Shown here in pieces: positions 12,900-28,550 of a DNA stretch of 64,000 bases. The notes beneath the pieces were generated by a model. It was not told the DNA's origin, ran no database searches, and worked only from the letters and a program-made list of their open reading frames with translations. The stretch comes from Eledone cirrhosa (taxonomy: Eukaryota): assembly GCA_964016885.1 (NCBI GenBank), contig OZ024746.1, forward strand, positions 4,836,001 to 4,900,000. Reading direction: 5' to 3'. The translations under genes and the position numbers were made by a program. The first letter of the stretch is position 1, and each line of letters opens with the position of its first letter.

Positions 12900-13342
12900 T
12901 TATAATTTTCAATTAATCAAGAAATTGAAGTGATTTAATAATACAACTAATATTCCCAAAATTGAATAGTCCTATACACTCTATGTTTGAAAAAACAAAA
13001 TAAATTATCATAATTGAACTACATTTGAATATTTTGCTACAAAACTGCCTGGACCTAGCCATGGTTCTATGGTACAAAGCTGTTTATGTTAAAGTATTTG
13101 TGTTTATCTAAAAAAAAACATCCATCATAATTTGTATTTTTAAAAAAATTAAGTTATGTTTCAAACACCAACTTAAAAATAAAATTGTATTATTCTTCCT
13201 TATTTAAAAATAAAATTGTATTATTCTTCCTTATTTACAGGCTGTGTTTGAAATGTGGTAATGAAAGGGTTATTAAGTCTGCTTGATAACAGTTGACATG
13301 GAGTCAAACAGCAAATCATCAGCTCTTTCAGAGTAACAAAAT

Positions 13343-13730
13343 AGGTGGTGGATTGGCAGTATCGGTAGAGGGTCAGGCGCCATGCTTTGACGCATAGAGT
13401 TACGGCCCTTTCCATTCTGAGTTCAAATCCCGCCGAGGTCAACTTTGCCTTTCATCCTTACGGGGTCGATAAAATAAAGTACCAGTAATGCACTGGGTAA
13501 TTGCTGGCCTTGTGCCAAAAGTAGAAACAGTTATTTACAGCAGGCGGTAGATTGGAAGAGCATCAGACACAAGGATTTGCAGCATAGATTTATGTCCCTT
13601 TACGTTCTGAGTTCAAATCCCACCGAGGTTAGCTTTGCCTTTCAACCTTAAGGGGTCAATAAAAATAAAAGCACCAGTAATGCACTAAGGTAATTGCTGG
13701 CCTTGTGCCCAAAATAGAAACAATTATTTA
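13343..13730 (+). mobile_element. Two tandem Meta-domain tRNA-derived SINEs
   Basis: A box TGGCAGTATCGG, B box GAGTTCAAATCC, Meta-like core GCCGAGGTCAACTTTGCCTTTCATCCTTACGGGGTCGATAAAATAAAGTACCAG. Other copies at ~4305-4395, 25500-25650, 42517-42700(-), 45487-45715(-), 53330-53508(-). Confidence 0.8.
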
Positions 13731-15158
13731 CAGCAGGCATGGGCAACCTTTTTCGAGCAGTGGGCCACCTAGGATGTGGCTCATCATAAGGCAGACAGCA
13801 CTTCTATAAAATTCAAGGCAGTTTACCTACGATTTACATCCCTCTAAACTCACTAAAATAAGCAACAATGAATACTGAGCTTAACTCAAATCATTTGCAC
13901 CCTTTCATCTTCCACACTAGCATGGGTTAGACGGGTTGTCCTGTTGCGGGCAATGCCAGGTCAGGTGACCATGTCTTGCTCATACAGAACTGATTTTGGC
14001 TTGATTTCTACAGCTGGATGCCCTTCCTAACACCAACCTCATTTACAGTGGGAGGGGGTGACGGATACTGTCTATATATTTCAGCTTTGGCTTGTGGGAA
14101 GTCGGGTCTTCTGTATTACTGCGTAACGCCACAGAGGTCTCGGTCCTGTGTTACTGCTCCTACTGTTATTTAGCCACAGAACAGATCTGATTGTACAATC
14201 CCGTAATTAAATGCTTCCCATCCATGACCATCCCATCTACTATCTAGACAATGTATATAGGCCTATATTAACCAATATGCCCTTCATTTTCTCTGATAAT
14301 GTAATTTCAGAGAGACTTGGCTGCTATTTCTAACATCTAGAACAACCATGAAGAGCAATGGTTCCAAAATGGTAAAGCTCAAAAATATAATTAGAGTTAA
14401 AATACAAATTAATATTCTGAATATAGTTTTGATAGTGGTGTTAGGAAGGGCATCCAGTCATAGAAAACCTGCCAGGTAGTCCTATACGAGCGAGACACGG
14501 TCACTCGACCAATCTTGCCTCAAGTGGGACAATTACCACCTAACCCATGCTAGCATGGAAGATAGACGTTAAACGATGATGATGATGCTTTATTTAGTGA
14601 ATATGATTTTCCAGTTCTGTCTCATTCTAAGAAACAAAACCATACATTTTAAAAGGTTCCTATTTAAATTAAATTTTTGAACATAATTTTATATTAGAAC
14701 CATATGGTAGGTTACTATTTTAGTAATGAAATATGGTATTGAAAGGGTTATTTAACTGAAGATGTTTCATCACCATTTGAAAAGTAATTTCTGACAAAAC
14801 TCTGAAGTAACATTCAACACCATAATATAAATATCAAGTGACTTTTTAAAGTTATATTTTCAGTATTTTTTATTTTTTGCTAGAATATATAAATACCCTT
14901 TTTAAAAAAATAAATACATTTTTTTATTATTTTATGCACAAAATATTTTTATTTGCCTTAAAGTGCACCTCAGGGGATTGAATGTTGGTGAAGCTCTGTT
15001 ATAGAAGTACCCCTTACTGGCTCAAGAGTAGGATATTGTAGGATAAATGGTGCAGAAAATTGAAAATAGCTAGATAATGAAAAACTGTATAAGTAACCTA
15101 TCTTGAATATATGGCCATGTATTCTACAAGAACACATGGGCATTTTTTTTTTTTTTGT

Positions 15159-15204
<46 letters not shown>

Positions 15205-15381
15205 AGTAATAAGTGACAAGTTAATGATAAAACCATTGTCAACAATAAAATAGAGCCATTCTATCTCGGGTATAAGGACTTCGATATATGATACTAGTGT
15301 AATATTTGGAGAAATCAACTTTTGGCAGTTTTGTTTTCTTATTCAAACAGAGGAAAATCAGAAATTTTCATAATTTTATTG

Positions 15382-15530
15382 ACATACACCCTTACATACA
15401 CAACCACACAGATTTTCCAAGATATACTATTGGCCTGCACCCTTACATACACACACGCCCTGCTACACAGATTTTCCAAGATATACTATTGGCCTGCACC
15501 CTTACATACACACACGCCCTGCTACACACA
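15382..15530. repeat. 60-bp local tandem duplication (~2.5 copies)
   Basis: CACAGATTTTCCAAGATATACTATTGGCCTGCACCCTTACATACACACACGCCCTGCTA repeated; it accounts for the repeated peptide in the ORFs at 15306-15746. Confidence 0.9.
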
Positions 15531-17289
15531 TTTTCTAAGGAGATATACAAACGTTTCTATGAGGGAGTGAAAAGAGTGAAAGAGAGTGAAAGAGAGGCAT
15601 ATATGAGAGTATGCATCCTCCATTTGGGGAACATGTCATTCACTGCAAAAACCATTCCCATTCGTTGTTTGGGGAAAGAGTATTTTCCTTTACTTCAACC
15701 TACATTTTTTGTGAAAAAAAGTAAAGCAACTAAGGAAACAGTGTGATAGTAGTAAGGGTAGATAGGTCAAGAAGCTAACCAACCCTGTTTCAAAGAATTC
15801 CTGAGTCATCACTTGGTATGATCTAGATAGAGATGGGAAATTTGACTCCTTTAGCTTTGCAACCAGAGAAGTAATACAGCAACTTACAGTAATAAATGTG
15901 AGTGTATATACATGTTAGAAATTGAAACTTATGCTGGAATTAAGTAAACATAAAAGATCAAAGTCACCTCCTCAGAGAACTCAAAAGAAACCAACAAGTC
16001 TAGGTTTTATAATAATTTTCCAGCTCCTGTTTGTTATCTAGGGAGTTTTATTCAAAACCTTCTCATAAAATATTTTCAGTAAAATATACAGAATTTGCTA
16101 AATATCAGGGAAACAAACCATGAAAAGAATAAAATCAAATCAAATGAGTCATACATCTTTAAAGAAAAGAAAAATGAGTGTATCAAAATAAAGAGAAATT
16201 TTCAGTAATTTTCACCAAACCATTAAAACTATGAGAGGAAGTGTACAATTAATAGCTTTTGAGTGTGTTTATGATTCAGCAAAGATGCTATGTCGGTCTT
16301 TGTTGTTTTATCTTAGTACAGTAGAGAAGTTATAGATATAGTCATTAACAAAAAATTAATTATCAATTATATACATTTATGACCACTGTAGAGCAAGATG
16401 TAGGCTTCCATGAACTAATGAGGGAGCTGTTATGGTTGCTGTGGCTTCATATGATAGAAACAATAGCTAAATATACATCATTTTTATTCACAAATTGTTT
16501 GCAATTCTTTCAGAATGAAAATACAAATATAAATACATATAATAAATACAATCAATTATTGCTAGGAACCTTACAAATACAATGCACCAAATATTTTTCA
16601 TCTCCTTTTCCTTATAAATAATTCCACTTTTTTGACTTGCACTAAATAACCAAAGAATTTACAGAAATTATAACCAAATCTTTTATCAACCCCAAAACAA
16701 TAACCCTTTTAATACCAAACTGCCAGAAACTGACCTAGTTCTGTGATACCAAGCTATATCTTCTAAAGTCTTTAGATTTATTTTAAAACCTTCCACCATA
16801 ATTTTAAGTTAAAACCTTTGTTAAGTTATGTTCCACACACCGTCTTAATAATGAGAAAGTTAGTTATATTACTAAATTCCTTGAAAACTTGATTTGAAAA
16901 CTATAGGCAGTGTTTTTCCTGAGAAATATGGTACCGAAAGGGTTCAAGACATAGTTTGTATTTGAAAGAAAGAAGGTAGGGGGCAGGAGACAGTGAGATC
17001 TATCCATTTACAGATGCCAATAAAATAATTGTATTCCTCTCTAATTTCAGAATTTTCCAGAACTCTTTCTTTGGCTATTATGGTTGTTGATTGTATAATT
17101 ACATTTAACACCAAGATCCAACTGCACTTATGCACAGAAATTATCCTCAGTGAGCCACTATGCAGTCACTTCACTGGCCAGAAATAGCAGCCAGATATCC
17201 CTCAAATCACACCCTACCACCTTAAAAAGAGGACACATTTGGTAATGGAATTATATATATATATGTGTATATATATATATATATATATA

Positions 17290-17911
17290 CAGTGCATCTT
17301 CGCTTATCCGGATATCGCTTTTCCGAAATTCAATTTACCGGACGGCTATTTCTATACTACCTCTGGATGAGGAGGACTTGATTTTGGCAGACGGACAGAT
17401 TTGGGCAGCATTTCTTCCGGCGAACATTACGTCACTTATTCAGCCAATGGGCCAGGAAGTTTTGGAGACACTAAAGCGGATTTACATAAAACAATTCCTG
17501 TGGGATTTGATCGGAAAAGGGGACACGGGAATGATTCCATTTTTACGTGCGATAAACATGAGGGAGGTGGTTGACCGTTCAGCTGTTGCATGGAAATAGT
17601 AGCGGAACGATGAGCTTCGGCGCGAAAACAATCTTCTATTTATTCATTATTAAAAAAAGTACTAACTTTTTATGGTTTGACTCAGTTTTACCAAGTTTTT
17701 AGTTATTCTTATGTTTGTTCTTTTGTTATTCTAATAAACTTTCTTTATTTAGCATTTGTCCTTTATTTTGACTAAAAGAAGCCAAAACATTAGAAACCAC
17801 GAGCATTATGTAACAATGGGATTTTAGAATTCACTTATCCGGATATTTCACTTAACCGGATCTTTTTCTAACTGTTTGGTTTTGACCGTCCGGATAAGCG
17901 AAGATTCCCTG
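17290..17911 (+). mobile_element. Internally deleted pogo/Tigger DNA transposon
   Basis: TA|CAGTGCATCTTCGCTTATCCGGA ... TCCGGATAAGCGAAGATTCCCTG|TA TIRs. ORF 17378-17599 FLPANITSLIQPMGQEV..LKRIY matches the pogo/Tigger DDE motif FLPPNTTSLIQPMDQG. Confidence 0.9.
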
Positions 17912-17933
17912 TATATATATATGTACATATATA

Positions 17934-17975
<42 letters not shown>

Positions 17976-17978
<3 letters not shown>

Positions 17979-18061
17979 TATCATACTCTGCTCTGTAAGA
18001 GAATAGAGTGCTCAACCGCATACCGCCTATGGAAGCATCTTAGCTACCATCAGACACACAC

Positions 18062-18147
<86 letters not shown>

Positions 18148-18232
18148 TCTATCATACTCTGCTCTGTAAGAGAATAGAGTGCTCAACCGCATACCGCCTA
18201 TGGAAGCATCTTAGCTACCATCAGACACACAC

Positions 18233-18285
<53 letters not shown>
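17976..18285. repeat. Exact ~170-bp tandem duplication bounded by (TA)n
   Basis: TTCTATCATACTCTGCTC...CATCAGACACACAC is repeated identically at 17976 and 18147, each copy followed by a TA run. Confidence 0.9.
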
Positions 18286-18289
<4 letters not shown>

Positions 18290-19339
18290 TGTTAGGAAGG
18301 GCATCCTGCCATAGAAACCAACCCCAAATCAGTTCTGTATGAGCAAGACACAGTCATCCTAACTGGGCTCTCACAACGGAGCAGCTAGCATGGAAAATAA
18401 ACATTAAATGATGATGATATTTATATATGAGAGATAGACATGAAAGGAAAGCCTTTCATCATAGGTCTACTCAATAACAAGTGGCCTAGAGCTAAAATAG
18501 ACATTAAAAGGTGATGATAACTTAATAAAAGTGAAAAACTTCCAACAAAACCAAGATATGAACAGATCAATATAAACAATATCAAAGGAGATTTGGACAA
18601 AGTAAATCAATCAAAATTCAAATAAAATGTCACAAACTTACATTTACCTATCTGAGATATTCCATCTTTATTATATTATACCACATGAAATCACAAACTA
18701 CACTATGACTACATCATTTAACCCTTTAGCATTCAAACCATCCATATCCGGCCAGAATTTTCTCACCTCTTTCTGTTCAAACCAGCTGTAACTGGCCACT
18801 CATACTGATGTTAAGGTATTGTTCTCAAAATAAATGATATCAAAATCTCGTAGATTTGGTATTATGTGAGATAAAGCCTTTACCGTGAAAATACTATAAT
18901 ATATATAGAGTAGTGTGAATGCTAAAGGGTTAAGTCTTTAGTTTACTTCAAATTGTCACATTGATCTGTCCACTAGTAAAAATTTTATAAACATTTGAAT
19001 TAACACCATTTTTAGATATTTTCTGCTAAACTATTACAGGATGTTAAGTGTCAAGTACTAATTCTTTTCAAATTTGATATTAAATAGCAAAGAGCTTAAT
19101 TAAGGAGGATTGACTAGCAAGTCACCAAGTTGCTGTTTCTGAATAAACATTAGCAGTGACTTAACTGTGACATTCCTCAAACTACTATCAGAGAGAATAT
19201 GAAGAAAAGCTGATATCTCCATTTCAGCCTATTAACAACTACATTGGTTTATAGCAATTTCCATGGTGCTCTAATGAAAACAGAATATGTTGAATAGGAT
19301 ATGTTTATAACATGACATAAATGATTTTTAACTATTCTA

Positions 19340-19770
19340 GTAGCTAGAATAAGAACAAGCTGGGAAAAGATTAGGGAGCTATTACCTCTGACAACAGAGG
19401 GAGTTTCTTGATGAGTAAAGAGTTAATTGTATTATGCTTGCATGAGAAGTGTGATGTTGCATGTCAGTGAAATATGCAGAGGAGATACTGAACCTGGAAA
19501 GAAATGGAGTCTGCTCTGTTAGATGTGTAATGTTAGTGTGCATGAAAAACCTGGCATAGATGAACTGAGACAAAAATTATGTATTAAAAAATTAGATGGA
19601 GTATGCAGCAGAGAAGACTGCTGGTATAGACATGTGAGGCATATGGAGGATGAACACTGGGTGAAGAAGTGCCAAATGATGCTAGTGGAAGGAAGCTATA
19701 GTAGAAGACTGGGAAACAACTTTAGCAGAAGTGATTAGAGCTGATCTTTAACTGCCAAGCCTCACTGTGA
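19340..19770 (+). mobile_element. Degenerate RTE LINE 3' fragment
   Basis: Translates to the RTE C-terminal region (WY.HVRHMEDEHWVKKCQ..VEG), homologous to the 29878-31023 ORF. Confidence 0.85.
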
Positions 19771-22700
19771 TTTCTAATGAACACAAATTATCCAAGGATT
19801 AGATGAACTGAAAATATATTTTAAAGATCTCTAGGATAAAAGTATGTTATAGATCTCACATTTTCCCCACATTCAATATTCCATACTAATATACTTTGTG
19901 AAATTTACATCTTTTAACATATGTTATTTAGTTCTAAGTCAGCCATAATCAACTAAACTTATGATAATATTCTAATGGTGACCATCCCATCTTTGTTTTT
20001 CAGACTTTGATCCTAGATCTCTGTTTTTTAATCTACTCCACTTTCATGCTATCCATCACTCTCTACATGGTAAGAATTCCCCTATCAGTGATTTCTAAAC
20101 CTGCCAGTCTCCAAACCATTTCCAACCCGACTGTGCATGTCAATCCTCACTATGAAGATTATGAACAAGAGAAGTAACAGAAGGCGCCCTTGGCATAGTC
20201 TCACACCCACATTACTAAATTCCTCTAAATTCTATATTTTCAAACTTGTTTGAAAAACAGTGCAATTTCCTTAGCAATATAGCCACAAAGGGATTAACCC
20301 TTTCATGATTGAATTTCTAATGAAATACACTCTATTTAAATTATTTATTTATTCATTCTAAACGTCCGTATAGAGCTAGTAAGCCATGACAGACTATGGG
20401 AAGTATTGAGTACTCCTTACAGTTAGTAATCAAAAAGAGCTAATGAGACAATTAGTAAAACAAAAATAAATTAAAGGCGAGAGGATTTCAAATGTTGAAA
20501 GTTAATGGGAGGCAGATTATGTGTATTAATGAAGATTTTAAGGAATTTACTAAAATTATTTCATTTCTAAGATAGTAACTTAACGTAAGGTTCTTATATA
20601 AAATTATGTTGGAAGATTCTAATTTAAATTGAAAACTTTTTAAAATGGGTTGTTTTATTTCATAGAACCAGAGTTGGTTTTTAGTCAGGTTAGTAACTAA
20701 AGGGTTAAAGAGAACAAAAAAGAAAACAGAACGTTTCCTATTCATTACATTACACTTATACATGTTTTTATTGTATTCAAATATAAATAATGAAGAGAAT
20801 ATGTATTTCCTGACAATCATTTGCATGCTTTAAAAGTCTCATCAAAGAATCTTGAGTTTAGTCATAAAGAAAGATGAGTGCTTCTCTTTAAAATTTGATT
20901 GTATGATTAAGTACTTGAAATTAAAAATTTGTAATGACTACACAAGTATATTGTAATGTCTGTGATGTCATGAGTAATTTCCTTGGCATACTTTCACTGA
21001 CCTTTAAAAGCTATCAAGGCAAGAAAGTATAATAATATTACATATATTTTAATCTTATTGTTAATGAATTAACCTTTTCTCTACCACTAACCCTAACACT
21101 GCCATTTAGCACTTGTTAACAGCCCTCAATAACAACTATATATTATTATCTAAATTTCAAATTTAAATCAATTAATGTATTTAAATAAAAGGGTCAGGAA
21201 GACTCTTCAGTTGTGTCAAAGACATGACAACCTCCCTAGTGTTGGTGCTATGATAAAATGCACCCATTCGAGTGCAGGATTATATGTAAGTCCCCTGGCC
21301 CACTTTGGAGATCAAAAGCTCTACTTGAGTACTGACCAGTCAGAGACAACATGCCCAACCCTTGCTAGTAGGGAAAACAAACATATGACAATGAAAACAA
21401 GACAGACTAAAATAACACATTTGAATGAACCTAAGGTTTTTGAAAGGTTATTAGTAACTAACTCATGAATCATCATGGAAGTCTTTTTCAAAGAAATTGA
21501 GAATCTCACTTATTTTTGTTAACATTAACAGCAATAATTGTATGAGTTAACAAATGACCCTATACACAGTTGCTGAATCAGCTAGCCATGGCAACCAAAT
21601 TTCCCTCAAATCATACTTAACTGTCTTTAGAGATATTCAAAAGTATGAAATGGTCATGGCTGGAATGCCTTTCCTCATGACTGTTGGCTCACTTGTATTT
21701 TAATTGTATTAAAATTTCCCATGAAAGCTCTTAAAGAAGAAGTCAGATAAAACTGACACAATGTCAACTGTTATAAAAATAATGACTATAAAATCATTAG
21801 AAACTCTGGTTGACATCAACTGTGACCTATCTTTGCAGCTGGGTCTTTCTAGATTGCATTTACATGTACCATAAGAAACCTACATAAATGAGGTCACTCG
21901 ACTTGACAGAAGTAGCAGTCAAATCTATCTAAAAACACCCTACTGTCTTTAAAAAATGAAGAATACTTAAAAAGATTTAGTCATAGTCACCATATTAAAA
22001 AAAAAAGATGGGATAGTCATAGTTGGAACACAAAACTGGCCATGACTAACCAACAACAGAAATATAGCTGTCTTCCATAAACCTGATATTAAACTGCCCA
22101 AAATCTCCCCTGGTTTTATAATACAAAATTGTTATGTAGTGTATACATTTATCTGAAAATCTTCAATCATGATTTCATGTAAGAGCTTTAGTTTAAGTTG
22201 TTCCAAATACCAGTTTAATAATGAGAAAGTTAAGTTATATGCTACCACTTAAAATAGAATTTTGCTGGAGATAGATTAGTAAAATTCAATAAGCGGGGGG
22301 CAGGAGTGGAAATTTAAAAAAATTAATAAGTAGGAAGGGGACAATTATTGGAGACCCTAGAGAAATAACAGAAATCATCAGTCCGCAGTACAATAACACA
22401 ATATGATAGTTTTATATAGTTTGACATCAAGTCTGAAGCTAGTTAATGTTTCAGATATGTTTTGATTGATGCTGTTCACTAACTATATCTTTTGAAAGCC
22501 TACCTCTATATATATCAAAAACAAATTGATTTATTATGAATTACGTAATATAAACTGTAAGGTGACACTGCTAATGCCACAAGGAAAAGCACCTAGTCCC
22601 TATGGTAAGGCAGTAATGCTGGCACCATGACAAAAAACACCTAGTCGACCCTGTGCTGGAGTCATGATAAAATGCCCTCACTACATACTACAAAGTGGTT

Positions 22701-24494
22701 GACATTATGAAGGGCAGAAACTAAGCCAAAAATGGAATGTAGAAGTAAAGCTGACTAGTCTGACCTCAGAACACGACCCATCTAACCTATGTATGGAAAC
22801 TAGTCTGGCCTCAGAACACGATGACCCATCTAACCCATGCAAGAATAGAAACTAGGCGTTAAATGATGATATGAGGAAACTTCAAATTCATTATAATTAT
22901 GTGTAAACAAAATCCTCTTGCCTTTTGTAAAAAATACACAGAAAACCATTTTTAAACATACCACAAAGAAATACATACACCTACACAGTGATGACAAAGG
23001 AGTGTAATATATGTGCACACAGACACATCAACTACTGGTACATCAATTTCAATAAGACTGCTTTATAGTTAGTGCACTAATATGAACAACTATTTCCTAT
23101 GGAGGAGGTTTATAAAAATAAAACTTTTTCCTCCACACCATTCTCTCATTTTAAACATCTTCACAGAAAAGAACCTGTTCATGCAAGAAACTTCAAGTCA
23201 TTAAAAAACAATTTAGGATTTGAAATATAAAATTGTTTAAACATTGATACTATGTTCAGTTCATAATTATGTTTTAAGTTTAAACACAATCGTGGCTGCT
23301 ACAGAAGGTTATGTTTATATCATTATTGTGTTTTTTTGTCTGCTTTTCAATGCTGGCATTGGTTGGATGAGAATTTCTTAAACGGTCTTTTATAAATACA
23401 AATAATTTACTTGGATACAATGCTAAAAATATGAAATAAGAAATCAATATATATGTTTAATATCTTGTGTTCATATGCAAAAATGAACCTTCCATCCTTA
23501 AGTATTATTCTATTTAAATCCATTCTTCATAAAAATATAACACTAATAGGTTTATATATAAACATATGCATTAGTTTCAAATAACAGAAACTAGCCGTCA
23601 ATTTCAACTAATTAATATGTATGTTAAGGCAGGCTGAGAAAGAGAGTTATCGCTATAATAAAAGTGAAAAAGAAATATTTTTACAGCATCAAACATGTCC
23701 TAAAATTCCACTTCTAGCAATAACAGTCAACCTATCCTTAAAGCTGTGAAAAGTATACCAGACAGTGGAATGTCAGATAAAATTATTTTCTTTATGGGGG
23801 TGTATCTAGTTCAGTACCAACTTGACCTCAAATTCTAACCAGATCAACTCTGCCTCTCTCATCTAATACAATGACATTTATGAAGTACCAGTAATATACT
23901 GGTGTAATTGACAATATTCTTCCCTTACTACAATTGGCCTGGTCACAATAAAAGATATTTATTTGTCACAATAAAAGATATTTATTTAACAAATCCAACA
24001 GAGCATACTTGTATATTAAGTTGATAGTTTTTCAAATAATAGAATTTCATACACCAGATATTCATTCAACACTGGTTCAGTAATATTATATAAATTTGGA
24101 AATAACACATCCTGGATAGAATGCTTTTTTATTAAAGGTAACATTCTCCAAAAGACATACCTTATAACATTCCATCTAAGTATAAAATATCTCCTAAGTT
24201 TTGGTAGGCATTTACAGGTCAATGCTTAACTTTGGTTTCATGTTTTTGAAGTGGATAAGATTGCCAATCTATCTCACATAACATTGCCAAATAAACTGAC
24301 ACCTAGTTCCTATGTGAACTGAAGCACATAGAATTGAGTTTATACATAATGAAACAAAACACCTGCAGATAAAACAATAACTTATCTATTTAATAATATC
24401 ACTTCGACTTCTAGGTATGAAGTCAAGTAGATGAAGTGTATCACTAAGAAAGAGAATACAAGATGGATGCAACAGGAAAATAAACTTTTCTCTT

Positions 24495-24810
24495 CTTCAT
24501 CCATTTATTCCTGAGAGGGTCCTGGGGGCAGGGTCCTCAAACACTCCCTCCAGCAGGTCCTGTCAGAAGCAACCATCTCCAATTGATCTGGCTGGATCCC
24601 CAAGTGAGACCAACCAAGCTCATGGATGTTACCCAACCACCTTGATCAGGGTCTACCCCCTGGGTCTCCTGCCAGTAAAATCTGTCCAGCAATTCTTTCC
24701 TGAGATATTTCTCAATTCGGAGAAGTAGCAGCTCTACCTGGAGTGACACTCAATATTCCTTCTCTTAAGAATTATAGAGCCTTTGCTCGGAGTTGACCCC
24801 TGGGTCTCCT
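24495..24810 (-). mobile_element. Degenerate RTE-type LINE 3' fragment (second family)
   Basis: Minus-strand SLQVELLLLRIE resembles SLQVEPRLLQIE in the fragment at 43020-43330; it ends in a GGATGAAGAAGAG tail. Confidence 0.6.
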
Positions 24811-27800
24811 GCTGGCTGGTTTTGTAAAATCAAATCAAAATTCTTTTGTTATGAACAATAAACAATATAAGAAACCCTCTAAATTTGACAGGTTTATTTT
24901 AACTAATGATATTTGTTCAGTACACCTCTTTAACCAAAGTCTAACCCTCTTTGATACTGGTTCTATGAAACAGAACCACCCATTTTAAATGATTCCTATT
25001 TAAAATAATATCTTCCAACATAATTTTCTGTAGGAATCATATGTTGTGTTACTATTTTAGTACTGAAATGATAATTTTAGTAAATCCTTCAAAACTCTTC
25101 ATTGATAAATTAAGAGTATATTTCATATGAAATACAGTCATGAAAGGGTTACAAACACTTATTTCTTTATAATGATACTTTTAGTATTTATTTGTACGTT
25201 TGACTTTAGTAAATTATTCTATATCTACATTCTTGTAAGGATCAGATGAATCTGAGAATTCAGATAAATTTTTTGCTTTAAATATTTTAAAGTTGTCAAA
25301 GTTGTTGTAAACCTAAATTCCTCTCTTAATGCCAAACTTTGTAAAAATAGTAATGGTACCAATTCAAAACTAGTTTGACCGGGTCATATATCTTGACACA
25401 TCATAAATATCAACTGCAAATTCCAAACATACTGCCTTAACCCCTTCATGTTCGCATTACCAATGAAATACACTCCACTACTTGGGACCTGTGAGTATTT
25501 GTTCTGGCTCTTTACATTTTGAGTTCAAATTCCACCAAGGTCAACTTTGCCTTTCGTCCTTCCGAAGTAAATAAACTAAAGTACCAGTCATGTATTGGGG
25601 TTGATATAATTGACTTTCCTTTCCCCTAAATTGCTGGCCAAGATTAGAAATCATATTTCATATCAAATATTTTTTACAATTCAATTGAATAAAAGATCTT
25701 TGCAGGAGGTTTGTTTTTTTTTACTAACAAGTCAGAATATTTTACTTTAAAAGGTACTTTAACGATATATTCTTATCCTCATTTTGTTAAGTGTCACCAA
25801 ATTACTGATATTTCACATGAAATCCCCTTAAAATGCCACCCACTCCAACATGACCACACATCATTCAAAAATAACATCTTATTTGCTATTTCCTGCTGTC
25901 GATCAAAGAGACTCATTTACCAGAAATATGCAACACTTGTTCCTAAACAGAAATAGCTAAACATAGATTAATCATGGGAAAAACAACAAAATTATTTTAA
26001 TTGAAGGACATCTTCATGTCAGGAAAACTGTTAAAACAGCAGGAAAACTGTTAAAACAGAAGTTAGAATTCTTGATAAATACTTTACTATATATGTTTGT
26101 TTGGATTTTTGATGTAAAAAAATCTATATTAAATAAATCATCATCACTGTTTAACATACATTTTCCACACTAGCATGGGTTAGACAGGTTGTCCTGTTGT
26201 GAGACATGTCAGATCAGATGATCATGTCTTGCTTACACAGAACTGTTTCTGGCTTGGTTTCTACAGTTGGATGCCCTTCCTAACACCAACCACATTTACA
26301 GTATAGACTGGACACTTTTTGTCCTATCGCCAAAACAACCACTTTACATTGAGGACTGGGTGCTTTTTATCATGGTCAAAACTACTTTACAATGTGAATA
26401 TATATATATATTTTGTTATGCTCATAGTTTTTGGCAGTAGTATATATACTGGTTGGAAGCTCTTCCTAACACCAGTACCATTTTACAGCATGGACTGGGT
26501 GCTTTTATTTGTGCCACCAGCACTAGAGAGGTCATCTTACTGGACTGAGGGGCCCTATGCACCATATATATATATATAGGGTGGGTGAAAAAGAAACCCC
26601 CTATTGAAACTTCATTATCTCATACAATATATATATATATATAAGTGGTTGGTGTTAGGAAAGGCATCCAGCTGTAAAAAAAACCCCGATCAAAATGCAG
26701 TTCTGTTTGAGCAAGTTACGGTATGGCCAACTGGCCAGACTTGCCTCATAATGTGGATGCTCCGTCTGACCCATTGAGAAATCCAACAACGGGTCATAAT
26801 AATCCCTACTCAGTGCTGAAAGTGGTCAAGTTCATCTGAAAACAGCTTCAACTTAATAGAGGATATTTTATACAAGCTTACTAATAATATATACACTCAA
26901 CTAATTTATTTTTTAACCCTTTAGCATTTACATTACTCTATATATACTATTGTATTTTCGTGGTAAAGGCTTTATCTTACATAATTATCTCACATAATAT
27001 CGAATCTACAAGATTTTGATATTATTTATTTTGAGAAGAATACCTTAATGTGGGTATAAGCGGCCAGTTATGTCTGGTTTGAACAGAAAGAGGTGAAAGA
27101 ATTTTGGCCGGATATGGCTAATTTAAATGCTAAAGAGTTAAATGACATACAGAATAAGGTAGTCCAAGATAGGCTGTGGCTAAATAGCAACTACTACATA
27201 GAAGCTCCCTGGTCAGCTGGTTATACCTAGTAGGGTGAATATTCTTAATGTAGAGCCAAAAAAAAAAAAAAATGTTTTCCTCTTCTAACCACATTAGTAG
27301 CACTTTTAATTAGATCTTTTGCTCTCCATTTCATATTCACCCCCACTTAACTTGATTTACATATAGATGACCTCACTTAGTCATCATAAACACCATTTAG
27401 TGTCTGTTTTCCTTGCTAGCAAGGGTTGAATATGTCACAGATCAGTTAGTACTCAGTGGAGCACTGACTTCCAGCAGGGGAGGGGGACCAGAGACCCAAC
27501 ATAGGGTCCTACACAGAGGATGAAAAAGAACAACTGGCAATTGCTAAGATGACACAATGAAGACATCTTATTGAGAGAGACTAGTATGTGGGGATAAGGT
27601 GCATTATTAGCTCTCTACAACTTAATAAACTAAACATTAACCCTTTTGATACCAACCTTATCCAAACTGGTTCTCGTTAGTTGTATTAACCCTTTAGTTA
27701 TCAACCCAGCCAAAACCGGATCTGCTTCTATGAAATAAAACCCCCAGTTATTGCTGGTACTCATTTTCAGCTGAGTATACTGGAGCAACATGAAATGAAG

Positions 27801-28515
27801 TGTTTTATCCAAGAACACAAGACGCAACCCAGTCCAGGAATTGAACCCACAATATCATGATCAAAGTCCAACACCCTTACCACTAGGCCAGACACCACCA
27901 CAATAGTATTGGGGAAGGGAAAATGGAATATGAACACACAGAAAAAAATGATTTATCTCTTTTGAAGCATTCCCGAATTTGTTTTCCAAAGAGAATTTGA
28001 TAAGAGTTAACTTGTTTTAGAGAGAGATTAAGATGAGAGTCACAAGTGTTAACTAAACAACTGGGAACTCCTACAGAGACTGTTTCAAGATAATGGATGG
28101 TTTTATTTCATAGAACCAAAGCTGGTTTTGGCAGGGTTGGTGACTAAAGGGTTAACGTAGTTGTCAGGGAGATTAAGCATGACACAGTGTGTGAGAAGAC
28201 TGGCCCCTTCTACTATAGGTAAAACACATCTTTGCCAGCTGAATGGACTGGAGCATTGTGAAATAAAGTGCCTTGCTCAAGGTCACAATGAACCACCAGA
28301 TCTTGGAATCACACGCACGACCTTATGAACATGAGCAGAACAATCTAACCATATCCTCTATGGGTACACATGTCTGTGTAATACTTGGCTACCTAATGTT
28401 TATTAAACTACAGAATGCTCATCATTGAAACCAATAAAAGATTTAACATCATCATCATCATTGAATGTCCTGCTTTCCATGTTGGCAAGAGTTTCCACAC
28501 CGTGTGTGTGCGTGC

Positions 28516-28549
<34 letters not shown>

Positions 28550-28550
28550 C

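Noticed and set aside
17937-18314. 125-aa ORF with duplicated segment
   Set aside because: It is a TA microsatellite plus an exact local duplication (slippage or assembly artefact).
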